Positions 31,597 through 42,592 are shown, numbered from the stretch's first letter. The stretch: 64,000 bases of DNA from an uncultured Phycisphaerales bacterium (GCA_963755915.1 CAVWLP010000002.1:3232001-3296000); one strand, 5' to 3'. Numbers and translations: made by a program. The notes: a model not told the origin generated them from the letters alone.

Positions 31597-34452
31597 CTAT
31601 TCAATCCTCTGGGTTAATCGCAGGTCAGCGACTTGTGTTTCCGTATTGGGGTTTCCCAGAGCCTCGAGGATTATTGCGCGATAGTGCGGGTCGGTGTCGA
31701 AAGAGAATTCCGCGGCCGCGCTGCCGTCACCCTCCTGCAAGGATGCCTTGCCTGCGGAAAAATCGAGCCTCAAAACGAAATGTTGCCATCCATCTTTTGC
31801 AGAAACTGTCATTGATGAGACGGAGGACCCAGGGTTTTTCTGGTTTACTTCCGCTTGCACTTGCCCATCTTTGGCGATGATTACACCAACGGATTGCGCC
31901 GTTGAGGTGTCTGAACCGAGCGCGAGCTCAATTGAGTCGCCGGCATTGGATTTCAGGACATCGAAAGATAGTTCGACAATTCCGTCAGCGACGCCATATT
32001 CCGCCGACGAGCGAGGGAAGTGGCCGCGCAGTCTGTTTTTGAACCGCCCATCCGGCATGTCGTAGGCGATTGTTCCGATGAGCTGCGCGCCTCGTCCGGC
32101 GTCGTCAGTGCGAAGTTCGATGGATGGCTTTCCATTTTCGCCGGCGGTGCGTACGTTGGAGTTGAGCCCAATCCATTTTCCTCCGGTGTTCCAGAGGCTT
32201 CCGGCGGCGCCGGTGGCATCGGGTTCGAGCCTGGCGAAGTTCTGGTTGAGAAGCTCGACATCTTCAGGTAGTTCGTATTTCTGGGTTGGCACATTCATTC
32301 GATTGGGACCGGGATGGTATGCATAAAGTGCTTCGCCCTGCCGGCGATCGATCGGATAGAAGTTCCAGCCGTCGTCGGGATGGAAGAGCACCCGCCAGGC
32401 GAGGTCGGCGAGTCTTGGGTCGGGGCCATTGAGAACGTCAACGACGTGCTGTTGTCCGCGCGGGCCGAAGCCAAAGATCAATGACTCGGCAACAACGCGG
32501 TATCCCCACTGCTGGTCGTGTCGATTTCCATCCATGCCGTACAATTTTTCCTGCTCAAGCAGTCTCTGGAAAATCGCCTCTCGCAGTTTTCTATCGTCGA
32601 GATCGCGAGCGACTTCGCCGCAGGAGAAGGCGGCGGCGTCCTGTACAACTTCGGAGGGATCATCGAGAAGATGAAGCAAGAGTTGTGCTGTTTTGCTATC
32701 CGGATAATAAGCGGTTGCGAACGCGGCAATGGAACGGAGTGTGTCGTTCGGATCGGCAGCGGCCTGATCAACCAGCGGGCGAAAGGCGGCGGTCGCCTTG
32801 ATGGCCGGCACGGCGCGCTTGGAGACGATCATTTCAACGATCGCCGTGCGAACGTAGGGACTGGTGGTTCGATAATAAAGGGCGATAAGATCGTCTGAAT
32901 CGGCAGGAAACATCGCGGCCCAGGCGCTGCGGGCCGCGATGCGCATGCCGGCGACGGGATAAGCCTCGAGTGCCTTTCCGATGGCGGCGACGGTGTTTGG
33001 GCCATGCATCGTTCCCAAGGCGTCGATGACGTTGCAGCGGAAGTTGTTTTCCGGATCCATTGCCGCGCTTTCCATCGCTGGAATCGCGGCGGTCACCCGG
33101 CGCCGGACGAGGGCATCGACCGCCATGTGCCGCACAATCTGATCGCGGTCGTTCAGCAATTGCACGACTTGGGCCACAGGGACGTCAATGCTGCCGTCCC
33201 GAACCTGACGCAGAACACTCATCTTTGCGACGGGATCGCTGCCTTCGAGGGCCGAAACCGGGCTGTTTTCAACCGGGAAATTGGGCGGCATCTCTGGTGA
33301 CCATATATGCCAGCTGAAATCCTGATCTGAAATATTCTGGACGAACTGCGGCATCTCGCCACCGGCAATACCAAGGCGCGTTTTTGTTCCCCGAGTGGCG
33401 TCGATAAAGGGCTGAATATCATTGATGCTGGCAGCGTCGCGCAGCGCCAGCTCGTCCACGAGGCCTTCTTTGACCCACGTTCGCCAATCCATTTTGATTC
33501 GCCCGGGCGTGAGGACTTGGCGGTACGAGGGCCAGTGCATGGGAACTTCCGGATCCTGCGTATCGATATAAAAGGCGATTTTCTTGCCGTATTTGTTGAA
33601 AAGCTGCCGCATCTCCCGCAGATATTGAGTGATATATTCGCCGCGCATTTCCATGTACTTGTCCATGTCGAACGGCTGTGAATAGACATCGACGCCGTAG
33701 CGTCGCTTAAAATCTCTTGCGGCGATGTCACTGTAGATGAACTGGTCGGTGAAACGGGGGAAGAAATTCTCAACGTAAGTATAGAAGATAATGCCATCGT
33801 ATTGGCTGAAGTCTCCGCCCGGCTGAAACTTCTCTTCATATCGGCGGAGATAGTCTCGGCGTACTTCCGGATAGCCAAACTCAAGAGGACCGCCCGTTTC
33901 GATTCCGGCTCGATCGCTGAGGCGATATTCGGGATGATCGGCGCGAAAACGATCTTCAAAATTGTACGGCCCGAAGCCGGACATTGAGGTGACGTCCGCG
34001 CTGGCGCCGACTTCGAAGAGCGGCATGAAGCCCCAGAATGCGAGGCCGCGTTTTTTGGTCTCAGCAGCGGCAACGCGGGTGAGGTGATCCCTGGTTTCCA
34101 GGTTCATCTCCATCCGGTACAGGTCGTCGATTTCTTCGCTTTGGGGCCGGAAGACCGCTCCGTCGGTCATCCACTGCGCCTGCGCTCTGCGCCAAATGAT
34201 TCGATTGACATTGTAAAGGCTCATGAACGCGTCGAACGACGATCCCATCGCTCGTGACGAATCAATGGGAAACCACTTGTAATAAAAGAGATTGTCGCCA
34301 GTGCTGAGGATCATGGCGACGTCGGGCTTCTTCGGCGTGGGTGACGGAGTATCGGCGAAGCTCGCGGCAGCGGCGACCATTAATATTGAAATGAAGATCG
34401 ATTTGACGAAGGACGGGCTTCTCATGTGTTTGATCTCCAAGATCGAAGTCAC
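31597..34452 (-). CDS. Secreted GHL10-like TIM barrel + HEAT repeats + beta-sandwich
   Basis: Signal peptide; HPEYRLSDR, LEFGYPEVR, YDGIIF, RGEYITQYLREMR, DWRTWVKEGLVD; HEAT motifs LLNDRDQIVRHMAVDAL, LLDDPSEVVQDAAAFS. Confidence 0.82.
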   Translation of the reverse strand: MTSILEIKHMRSPSFVKSIFISILMVAAAASFADTPSPTPKKPDVAMILSTGDNLFYYKWFPIDSSRAMGSSFDAFMSLYNVNRIIWRRAQAQWMTDGAVFRPQSEEIDDLYRMEMNLETRDHLTRVAAAETKKRGLAFWGFMPLFEVGASADVTSMSGFGPYNFEDRFRADHPEYRLSDRAGIETGGPLEFGYPEVRRDYLRRYEEKFQPGGDFSQYDGIIFYTYVENFFPRFTDQFIYSDIAARDFKRRYGVDVYSQPFDMDKYMEMRGEYITQYLREMRQLFNKYGKKIAFYIDTQDPEVPMHWPSYRQVLTPGRIKMDWRTWVKEGLVDELALRDAASINDIQPFIDATRGTKTRLGIAGGEMPQFVQNISDQDFSWHIWSPEMPPNFPVENSPVSALEGSDPVAKMSVLRQVRDGSIDVPVAQVVQLLNDRDQIVRHMAVDALVRRRVTAAIPAMESAAMDPENNFRCNVIDALGTMHGPNTVAAIGKALEAYPVAGMRIAARSAWAAMFPADSDDLIALYYRTTSPYVRTAIVEMIVSKRAVPAIKATAAFRPLVDQAAADPNDTLRSIAAFATAYYPDSKTAQLLLHLLDDPSEVVQDAAAFSCGEVARDLDDRKLREAIFQRLLEQEKLYGMDGNRHDQQWGYRVVAESLIFGFGPRGQQHVVDVLNGPDPRLADLAWRVLFHPDDGWNFYPIDRRQGEALYAYHPGPNRMNVPTQKYELPEDVELLNQNFARLEPDATGAAGSLWNTGGKWIGLNSNVRTAGENGKPSIELRTDDAGRGAQLIGTIAYDMPDGRFKNRLRGHFPRSSAEYGVADGIVELSFDVLKSNAGDSIELALGSDTSTAQSVGVIIAKDGQVQAEVNQKNPGSSVSSMTVSAKDGWQHFVLRLDFSAGKASLQEGDGSAAAEFSFDTDPHYRAIILEALGNPNTETQVADLRLTQRIE

Positions 34453-35693
34453 TGTGGGGTTGAACCGTGCTCGAGAACAAGATCGGGATTGTTTGGGCCA
34501 AAATGCTTGAGCATTACGATCGGGTTGGAACGAGACGGATTCCTGATGGTAACCCCGCGCCGGGCCGCTTCTTCGCTTACAAAGTATTCATCGTGCGATA
34601 GCTGTCCAAATCTGATGAGGCGCGGTGCTTCGATGTCCAACGATCCCAAAGTGCCGTGGCCCTGGACCGTGATCAGGCCATATGCGGCGTCGTCGCGGAT
34701 CTGGACCGTTTTTCCCGGAAACACGGTGAGTTCTTTTGCGGAGTAGGCGGTTGATTTGTAGCAGATCCAGTTTTCCTGATAGCCAGAGGCGTGCGTCTCG
34801 CTGTAGCTGCCCACCGGCCGCGGACGCATGAAATGGTTGGAAGCGAAATTGGGATCTACATTGGCGTCCCAGTCCAAAAGCTCGAGGAGAAAGTTTGTGT
34901 CTCCCCGTCTCTCCGGTGGGACGTCCTTCCAGAGCAGTTCGGGCGGAATAATCGCATCATTAACCAGTGACTGATACATCGCAAAGACATCGGAGGCGAC
35001 CTGGGGCTCATACGTGCACAGGCTTCCCGGCGCGTGCAGAATTCCCGGCGGCACATCCCAGCCCGTGCCCGGCTCCAGACGGTAGGCCTGCGACAGATTG
35101 GTGATCTTGTTGTCCCCCCTTTCGAAACCCTTCAAGCATTGAAGCACTTGATCGCGCGTCACTCCCGGCTGGAGGCCAAAGAACGTGTAAGGGAAATCCC
35201 CGCCGTGGTTGTTCAATTGGGGCGGAAAAAAATAAGCCTCAGGCTTGCCCGATTGCCCGACAAGCTTTGCGTGCTCATCCCGGTGATGAATGTGATGCGG
35301 CAAGGGTCCCTGGTTGTCGAAGAATTTGGAGTAGATGGGCCATTTTCCATATTGGCTCCAGAGTCGCGATCCAATGAGCTGATCTTTCAATTCGCTGACG
35401 GCATCGCGAAGCAAAACCTTTTCAACCTGTCCGCTGCGCTCTTCGAAAACAACGAAACTAAGGCCTTCATCGGGCGATGTCAGCGGCCCGTTTTGGGCGG
35501 GGGTTGTGGAACTGAACCAGCGCTCGTCAATTCCACCGCGATTTCCGCCGAGGGCGTAGTAATCCGCGGGATGCAATCCGATGCGCAGGCCAGGTACGCA
35601 GAAGCTGCGCGGGACCCAATTTGGGGCGAGGCGAAGGATTCCATTGCCCTGCTCTATCGCCTTCTCTATGACTGCTTTGGCGGTTGAACTCAT
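34449..35693 (-). CDS. Mannose-6-phosphate isomerase-like cupin
   Basis: SKFFDN..PLPHHIH, GKPEAY, PPGILHAPG, YEPQ..SD. Confidence 0.78.
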   Translation of the reverse strand: MSSTAKAVIEKAIEQGNGILRLAPNWVPRSFCVPGLRIGLHPADYYALGGNRGGIDERWFSSTTPAQNGPLTSPDEGLSFVVFEERSGQVEKVLLRDAVSELKDQLIGSRLWSQYGKWPIYSKFFDNQGPLPHHIHHRDEHAKLVGQSGKPEAYFFPPQLNNHGGDFPYTFFGLQPGVTRDQVLQCLKGFERGDNKITNLSQAYRLEPGTGWDVPPGILHAPGSLCTYEPQVASDVFAMYQSLVNDAIIPPELLWKDVPPERRGDTNFLLELLDWDANVDPNFASNHFMRPRPVGSYSETHASGYQENWICYKSTAYSAKELTVFPGKTVQIRDDAAYGLITVQGHGTLGSLDIEAPRLIRFGQLSHDEYFVSEEAARRGVTIRNPSRSNPIVMLKHFGPNNPDLVLEHGSTPQ

Positions 35694-37759
35694 GATTTGT
35701 TCCCCGCGAGTTCGATTTCCAGCATCTCAGCCAACTCCAATCGGGGAATGCAAATCTTGAATCCGCCAGAGGCTTTCTGAGATTCGATGATTTTCTGAGA
35801 TGTGATCGAGCGGCAGAGTGCCGGCGTATCGCCGCCGGGCAGCGCGATCGTCAATTCGATATCGTTGATAGGAATGTTCGGTAATTCGTCCTGGTAATTT
35901 ACAAGGCAAAGGAGATAGGCCGGCTTACCGATCGTGCTTCGAAGCAGAGTGACTTCGACACATTTGGGCAGATTGGTCGCGAGCACGATGGAGGACGGTG
36001 CAAATCGCCGCAAGATCGATTCGAAGAGCGCCTGCTGCGCTTCGGCCTGCCTGGCGAGGATGGAGGAATTCAGATAAACGCATGTCCCCTGACCAAATTT
36101 GTTCACGGCCAAAGCTACGTGTGGGCCGGGCTTTCCGGGCGGGTTACTGTGAGTGGCTGCATAATGCTCAAAATCATCGCGTGGGAACAGAGGCTCGGCT
36201 ACGAACGCGAGCGGTTTGGCAGTGGTTGCATTTACCAGTGGAGCTGGTGCGTCATTGGACACGAGTTCGCCTTCGATTTGAGCGATATAGTTCCAGTGCT
36301 TGGAGAACCGGCCGGTGAAGGAGACGCCGAAAACATCTTTGAGCGCGAAGTCACCCGAGGTATTTCCGTCCGGATCCTGATAGCTGGTTAGACCAGTAGC
36401 GATGAGCGTTCCGCCCCTCTCGACGAATTCACGGAGGCGCTGTACTTCTTCGGCGCTCATGAATGACGCATCGTTAATAATGATCGTTTTCAGACCGCTG
36501 AAATCCGTTGAATGATCGTGGACGATGCGATACGGAATTTTTGCGCGATTCAGGACAATTGCCGTGCCAAGAACTTCCTGCATTGGCCTGAGGTCACTGA
36601 TAGCCAGCATGTTATTTTCGGGGCTCATAATGTGGCGAAGGGAGACGCCGTTGTGGTCCCGGCGTACGTGGGAAGCCATCGAAAAATAGAGGCCGGCGTC
36701 CGCCCGGAGCTTCGGGCGATGCTCCGCCAGCTTCCGTCTAAATGGTTTGAGCGTTTCGCTGATACGGTGGGCCCGTTCGTAGAATCGCGGCTCAAGCGTT
36801 CCGTCTGGATTAATGGCATCAATCAGCAGATAGGTGCCACCGTTGGCGAGAGTTGTGACGCAGGAACAGAGCAGTTCATCGTCCGACTTGGTCGAGGTGT
36901 GATCGCGAAGGTCTACGCAGCGCGAGGTCATGAACTCGAAGGGCAGTTCACGTTCAAATGCGGCAAGCACCTTGGTGCCAAGGCGCTGCTGGTTTTTCCC
37001 GCCATAGAAATCGCCGCTGGGAACATCGTTGGCGAGCGACATTGAGTAAGACTGACCGTACATCCATCCCAGCAGAACAGGCGAGAATTGATGAGCGACG
37101 GCGACGTCGGGATTTACTGACTTGGCCGCGCCGGTCAGCTCGTGCGCAAATTCGCTAAGCCAGCGCTCGCGGCTTCGCTGAAAATGAACCCAACTGGGAT
37201 CGGACCAGTCGACCGTTACAGGAATTTCGCGGCCGGATTCCTTCAAGAAACGAGCCCGGCAACTATCGCACACGCAGATGCCTGGCCAGAAGGTCATGTC
37301 GATGAATATTGAATCGACATCGTAAGCGACGATTTCCTTAATCTGGGCGTTTGCAAAGTTGCGATATCCGTCGCTATTTGGGCAGCAATACCAGGATCGC
37401 CGGTAGCTTTGGGCGCCATCGATCTGAGTGACTCTCCAGGAAGGATGGTCCCGCGCCGCCTGCCGCTGATAGACAACCGAGTAATAGGCACGAGGGAGGA
37501 TGCCCTCTTTTCGAAGCAAGCGGACGGTTTCGCCGAAGACGTCGCGTCCTTTGAGGTTGCGATGCATTCTGCCGACGCGGGTTGGATAGTAGCAGTTGCC
37601 GCAATGGCAGCATCCATACACCATGATGGAATCGGCGCCGGTTTGCCTGACCATCGCGACATAGGCCGACGGGTCGAATTTGCTGAGGAAGGACTCATCA
37701 TGGTCGGTGATGTGACTGTCGACGAGGAAGCTGGCGTAATTGCTTAGAAGTTTGTTCAA
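35690..37759 (-). CDS. GHL6-like glycoside hydrolase with beta-galactosidase trimerisation-like domain, no signal peptide
   Basis: FDPSAYV, CHCGNCYYPT..G.MH..L, CPNS, YDVDSIFIDM, C.CDSC, FVERGGTLIATGLTS. Confidence 0.78.
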   Translation of the reverse strand: MNKLLSNYASFLVDSHITDHDESFLSKFDPSAYVAMVRQTGADSIMVYGCCHCGNCYYPTRVGRMHRNLKGRDVFGETVRLLRKEGILPRAYYSVVYQRQAARDHPSWRVTQIDGAQSYRRSWYCCPNSDGYRNFANAQIKEIVAYDVDSIFIDMTFWPGICVCDSCRARFLKESGREIPVTVDWSDPSWVHFQRSRERWLSEFAHELTGAAKSVNPDVAVAHQFSPVLLGWMYGQSYSMSLANDVPSGDFYGGKNQQRLGTKVLAAFERELPFEFMTSRCVDLRDHTSTKSDDELLCSCVTTLANGGTYLLIDAINPDGTLEPRFYERAHRISETLKPFRRKLAEHRPKLRADAGLYFSMASHVRRDHNGVSLRHIMSPENNMLAISDLRPMQEVLGTAIVLNRAKIPYRIVHDHSTDFSGLKTIIINDASFMSAEEVQRLREFVERGGTLIATGLTSYQDPDGNTSGDFALKDVFGVSFTGRFSKHWNYIAQIEGELVSNDAPAPLVNATTAKPLAFVAEPLFPRDDFEHYAATHSNPPGKPGPHVALAVNKFGQGTCVYLNSSILARQAEAQQALFESILRRFAPSSIVLATNLPKCVEVTLLRSTIGKPAYLLCLVNYQDELPNIPINDIELTIALPGGDTPALCRSITSQKIIESQKASGGFKICIPRLELAEMLEIELAGNKS

Positions 37760-38835
37760 GGGGCTTTTCTCGCCTCCAGCGTCAGGATCGTGGTTCGATC
37801 AGTGCGAATCGCGGTTGCGCTGGGCTCTCCGCCAGAGAGCCACCATGTATTTGAGCCCATTTGAATTGCAGTAAGACAGCAGGCAGGTATCACCATTCTG
37901 CCGACGGAAGTGACATCGAGCGTGTCGAGATTTACGAGGAAGATTTCGTCGCTCACCTGATCCAGCGACCCAACACGACCCGTCAACATGATTTGCCGGT
38001 TTGGGAGGGCGGTGGCAGACCAGCCGTAGCCCGGGAAGTTCAGGCCGTCGAGACGGTGCCAGTGATCGGATGCCGGATCATATTTATAAACATCTCCGAA
38101 AACAGTCGTTGCCGGTTGGAATGGAGGATAAACGATGCCGCCAAATAGATAGAGACCGGAATCAACGGCCACAAAAGCAGAGAATGCTCGTCCAATGGTC
38201 GGGAGTGGCGATAAACTTTTCCACTGAGCTTGATCTGCGGTGAGATCGAGGGACCAGAGGGCGTTGCTGATTTTGCCTTCCGACATGCCGCCAAAGACGT
38301 AGAACGTTCCGTTTGCGATAGCGCCCGCTGCGCCTTCCACAGGTTCGGGAAGCGAAGCGAGGGGATGCCAGGATGACCCCACCCGGGTGTCGGCCAAGTG
38401 TTGGACGTCGCTGGTTTCGTGGTGGCCCTCCGCCCCGCCGGCGATGTAGAGACCATCCGGCCCCGACACATAGGCGCAATCACTAAGGGGCTGGGCAAGC
38501 GAGGGACCAGGCGCCCAGCGGCCGTCGCGGAAGACGAAGCAGTCGTTTCGCCAGACTTTGTGTTTCTGGCCGGTCTGAGGGTCTTCCGGCCAACTCGATC
38601 CACCCACGACAACCGGAAGCCCGCGGACAAGCCCACCAGCGTGACCGGCCACCGCCAACGGCAAGCGCGGACCTTCACTGATTTGCGCGACGAATGGTGC
38701 ATCGGAAACAGAATTGGTTCCGTCGGCTACGGCGCTGCAAACGATCAGTGCGATCGGCAGCAACATTACCGCCACGGCCCCGTGCAAGGCGTTTTGATGA
38801 TGCGCTAGCGCCTTCATGGACAGAACTTTCCTCAA
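37756..38835 (-). CDS. Secreted Kelch-repeat beta-propeller (NanM-like)
   Basis: Repeats VVVGG, YIAGG, YVFGG, YLFGG with downstream W; hydrophobic N-terminus. Confidence 0.85.
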   Translation of the reverse strand: MRKVLSMKALAHHQNALHGAVAVMLLPIALIVCSAVADGTNSVSDAPFVAQISEGPRLPLAVAGHAGGLVRGLPVVVGGSSWPEDPQTGQKHKVWRNDCFVFRDGRWAPGPSLAQPLSDCAYVSGPDGLYIAGGAEGHHETSDVQHLADTRVGSSWHPLASLPEPVEGAAGAIANGTFYVFGGMSEGKISNALWSLDLTADQAQWKSLSPLPTIGRAFSAFVAVDSGLYLFGGIVYPPFQPATTVFGDVYKYDPASDHWHRLDGLNFPGYGWSATALPNRQIMLTGRVGSLDQVSDEIFLVNLDTLDVTSVGRMVIPACCLTAIQMGSNTWWLSGGEPSATAIRTDRTTILTLEARKAP

Positions 38836-38846
38836 ACGAGTCAGAT

Positions 38847-39695
38847 TTACTTGCTTTGGTCGATGCAGACATCTGCCGGCAGGGGGGCTCCGCCTCCGCC
38901 GTCGCGGTTGTAAGTATCGCCATAAGTTCGGCGGAGCGAGGCGAACTCCGCGTTCATGTGTTCACGCATTTTGATCACGTCGGCGAGGTGGAACATAAAG
39001 TTCATTCCTGCATCAAGAAAGGCTTTGTTCTTGGCCGCGACGAGATCGGTTTGAATACCGACGCCCACACCGGCCCGCCGACATCGCTTAATCACGTCGA
39101 CCACCGTGCGGACAAAATCGGGATTGTCGTATTCCTCGGGGATTCCCATCGAACAGGAAATGTCGTGTGGGCCGAGGAATACACCATCGACGCCAGGAAT
39201 GGAGATCAGTTCCTCCAAGCGACGAATCGCCGGCACGCTCTCGATTCCGATGATCAGATAGTGGTGCTTGTTGAAGCGTCTCCAGAACGCCTGAAGCTTC
39301 TCGTTGGGCTTGGTGGATCCATTCAGAAACCCCTGGAGCACCTCGCCCTTAATCGGCCGATAATGAACCGCACCGACCAGGGCTTTCACCTCTTCGACGG
39401 TTTCGATGTAGGGCACGACGATGCCTTGAGCGCCGCCGTCCAGCGCCATCGCGGCCAGATATTTGCAGGGATAGGGAATTCGCACCATGGGAGAGATGCC
39501 GTGGAGCGCATAAAACTGACACATCATGCTGACTTCCGAGCGATCCAGTGGCATGTGCTCCGTGCAGATAAAAACGGAATCGATTTGCAGCCCGGTCGTC
39601 AGGGCAGCGCCGATGGGATTGCCCGGGCTGACGACGTGTGTCGCATAAACCCGTTCGCCTGCCCGGAGTTTTGTTCGGAATAGATCGCCCTGCAT
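38847..39695 (-). CDS. HpcH/HpaI family aldolase
   Basis: FICTEHMP, PMVRIP, LDGGAQGIVVP, IES, GVDGVFLGPHD. Confidence 0.92.
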   Translation of the reverse strand: MQGDLFRTKLRAGERVYATHVVSPGNPIGAALTTGLQIDSVFICTEHMPLDRSEVSMMCQFYALHGISPMVRIPYPCKYLAAMALDGGAQGIVVPYIETVEEVKALVGAVHYRPIKGEVLQGFLNGSTKPNEKLQAFWRRFNKHHYLIIGIESVPAIRRLEELISIPGVDGVFLGPHDISCSMGIPEEYDNPDFVRTVVDVIKRCRRAGVGVGIQTDLVAAKNKAFLDAGMNFMFHLADVIKMREHMNAEFASLRRTYGDTYNRDGGGGAPLPADVCIDQSK

Positions 39696-39713
39696 GATTG
39701 ATCATCCTTTTCT

Positions 39714-41336
39714 TCAGGTGTATTCGAGCGACAATCGCCCGGCACCGTCGACGGCCTGCGGCTCATTTTTTTCTTCGGTTGATTTGTCGCCTTGGTGCAG
39801 TGTAAAGAGCGTAAGATTTCTAAGCTTTTCTGCCGAGGGACGAACACCAGTGATAAAGGGTGCGATCAAGCCGAACGCGATCGTGCCGACGAAGGCGGGC
39901 ATGGAGACTACCATGAAGCTGATGGGGTTGTGCTCCCATCGGCTTTTGAGATACCACGCGATCATTAAGACCGTAATCGTGACGCCGAACGCCACGGCCG
40001 TGAGCACGTGATTGGCATTGCAGCGCGTGCTGATCACGCCCAGGAAAAAGACCGGGGGAACAACCGTGATTATCGCGCCCCAGATGGTGTTGGATTCGAT
40101 AACGGTCTCCCGCAAACTGTCGGCTGTGATGCTCATGGCGATCGCCATTGCAGTCCCGAGGATGCCAAGGCCGACCGTCGCCCAGCGAGAGTAGACGACC
40201 TGTCGTTCGTCGCTCGCGTCAGGGTCAAAGAATCGGACGCAATAGTCTTTGGTAACGACCGTGGACAAGGACATGATGAGTGCGCCGATGGTTGAGGTGG
40301 CGGCAGACAGCGCCGCCGCCGCCACGAGGCCCGGGATCGGCTGAGGAGTTTCAAGCACAATAAAGCGGAATAACGCCAGGTCTCCCGGCGGATTTCCGCC
40401 CGCCAACGGATGCTGCGCGAAATGAACATAAATTGCCAAGCCGAGGAACCACAGCAGTGCGCCCAGCGGAATGAAAATGAGAACGGACGTAATGAACGAT
40501 CGTCGCGCGGCCTTGTAGGACGCGGTACATAGCAATTGCTGGATAGCGATCTGATCGGAACTGCTGTAAAACATGTATGCAAATACTGACCCCATCATCA
40601 GAACCCAGAAGGTGATTCTCACGTGCGGGTCGAAGGAAAAGAAATTCTGCTCGAACTTAAAGCCTTTGCCGTGCGCGAATGAATATTTGATGACGCTGAC
40701 GGCGCCACCGTCAACGCTTCGAATGGCAAGAAACACCGCTGCCCCGATTCCGGCGACCGTCACTCCGAATTGAAGGACGTGAATCCAGATCACCGCCTTC
40801 AATCCACCGAGGGTGCTGTAGATAATGCTGACAGTTCCGACCAGAAGGGCGGTTACCCAAACCGGCCAGCCGGCCAGGCCCTGGAATATCCTCGCGCACG
40901 AAAACAAAATGATGGCGAGAACGGAGATTCGCGTAAAAAGGTAAATCGTGCTGACCAGCGCTCGCACGCGCGCGTCAAACCGACGTTCGAGGTAGGCGAA
41001 CGGAGTATAGGTTTTTACATTGAAGTAAAATCGCACGAATATGAAGAAGAACAGCAGCCCGGTAAACGGTGCGAACCACTCTAGAACATAAAGACGCAAG
41101 CCGTTGTTGTATGCCTCGCCGGGAGTCGAAACCAGCGACACCGTGCTGAAGAGTGCCATCACATAGGAGATCGCAGCCGCCCACCAGGGCGTGCGACCGC
41201 CGGCCAGGAGGTGTTCATCTGCTTCGGACTCACCGGCGGCTACCAGACGGCGTTTGTGCCGTGTGGTGAACATTCCTCCCATGGCGCAAATCGCCACGAG
41301 AAACGAAGCCATGATCAAATAATCGAGCCAATTCAT
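39714..41336 (-). CDS. Sodium:solute symporter
   Basis: LDYLI, PGEAY, YLERRF, GGLKAVIW, DQIAIQ; many TM segments. Confidence 0.93.
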   Translation of the reverse strand: MNWLDYLIMASFLVAICAMGGMFTTRHKRRLVAAGESEADEHLLAGGRTPWWAAAISYVMALFSTVSLVSTPGEAYNNGLRLYVLEWFAPFTGLLFFFIFVRFYFNVKTYTPFAYLERRFDARVRALVSTIYLFTRISVLAIILFSCARIFQGLAGWPVWVTALLVGTVSIIYSTLGGLKAVIWIHVLQFGVTVAGIGAAVFLAIRSVDGGAVSVIKYSFAHGKGFKFEQNFFSFDPHVRITFWVLMMGSVFAYMFYSSSDQIAIQQLLCTASYKAARRSFITSVLIFIPLGALLWFLGLAIYVHFAQHPLAGGNPPGDLALFRFIVLETPQPIPGLVAAAALSAATSTIGALIMSLSTVVTKDYCVRFFDPDASDERQVVYSRWATVGLGILGTAMAIAMSITADSLRETVIESNTIWGAIITVVPPVFFLGVISTRCNANHVLTAVAFGVTITVLMIAWYLKSRWEHNPISFMVVSMPAFVGTIAFGLIAPFITGVRPSAEKLRNLTLFTLHQGDKSTEEKNEPQAVDGAGRLSLEYT

Positions 41337-42592
41337 TCGGAACTCTGTGAGGCGGCGAGACTGGTTTGCAGGCCGAACACCTTTTCACGCAAATCGTCGA
41401 GACGAACCGGGGCACCTGATGCGGCGCTTTCATCGGCAGCGAAACTGAGAACCGATGCTTCGATCCCCTCGCGCAGCCCTGGCCGCTCAGGGTTTCGTCG
41501 TCCGGCAAGCGCGTCGAAGAAGTCCCTGGTAAGAATTGAGTCTCCGCCGTTATGGCCGGACTGGTCGGGGGATACGGTAAACGTTTCAATGATTTCGCCA
41601 CCGCGCCGGTCGCGCCGATAAACGCGGAATTCGTTATCGCTGAGTCCCCCATACAATCGTGCCTCCGAGCCCAGGATGTGGATGGTGCGCCGGGTTGCCG
41701 GCTGACACTGCACGACCGAGAAATTGCATAACACCCCGTTATCATAGCGTATATTCAAAACCTGATGATCGGGATAGGTATGGCGAGCGCTGAAGACACA
41801 GGTGTCTTCCTCCAGCTTCTGCAGTACTTCTCTAAGTTCCTTCGGCCAAGCCACTTCATAAATTTCGGGAACACTGCCGTGTACGAAGCGGCAACTATCG
41901 GTGAGGGTGCAATTGCTGCAATTTTCGGCGGCATATGGACGAGGCTTGAGAAATGTGCGTGCCGCGAAAGAGTGGACGAGCTGAGGTTTGCCTCCAACAA
42001 GCCAATTCAAAATGTCCATGTCATGCGAGCATTTTTCAGCCATGAGGCCACCCGACATCTGCCGTTGCGGCCGCCAGTCCCCGCGGGCGAACACGATGGA
42101 CAGATCATCGCCCATTAGTTCCTCTGCATTAATAGCGAGAATCTTTCCGAGGGCACCCGAATCGCAGATTTCCTTAATGCGCATGTAAAAGGGTGTGTAT
42201 CGAAGGCAGAAGCCGAGAACCGGGTCCTGCGCCGTCCGAGTGTGTCCTTCCCACATGGCAGCCATGTCGGAAAGCGATGCGGCGACGGGCTTTTCGAGCA
42301 AACATTTCACGCCATTGTTCATCGCCTCTATGGCGGATTCCCGATGGACATAGTTTGGACTCGCGATCACGACACCGTCGAGATCCTGCGTTGCAGTAAG
42401 GAGTTCAGCGCCTTTTTGAAAGATATCCGCGCGATTATTTGCGAACAGGCGTGATGAGATTTTGGCGTAACGAAGATCAGGATCGGCGACTGCGACGAGC
42501 TCAAAGGGCATTTGAGCCTGTCGAAAATTGTTTATCAGCCATACCCCCCGCAGTCCACACCCAATGAGGCCGATTCGATAAGGTTGGTTCAT
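41333..42592 (-). CDS. Gfo/Idh/MocA oxidoreductase
   Basis: IGLIGCGLRG, IASPN..H, LEKP, LRYTP, EKCSHDMD, GHNGGD. Confidence 0.93.
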   Translation of the reverse strand: MNQPYRIGLIGCGLRGVWLINNFRQAQMPFELVAVADPDLRYAKISSRLFANNRADIFQKGAELLTATQDLDGVVIASPNYVHRESAIEAMNNGVKCLLEKPVAASLSDMAAMWEGHTRTAQDPVLGFCLRYTPFYMRIKEICDSGALGKILAINAEELMGDDLSIVFARGDWRPQRQMSGGLMAEKCSHDMDILNWLVGGKPQLVHSFAARTFLKPRPYAAENCSNCTLTDSCRFVHGSVPEIYEVAWPKELREVLQKLEEDTCVFSARHTYPDHQVLNIRYDNGVLCNFSVVQCQPATRRTIHILGSEARLYGGLSDNEFRVYRRDRRGGEIIETFTVSPDQSGHNGGDSILTRDFFDALAGRRNPERPGLREGIEASVLSFAADESAASGAPVRLDDLREKVFGLQTSLAASQSSE

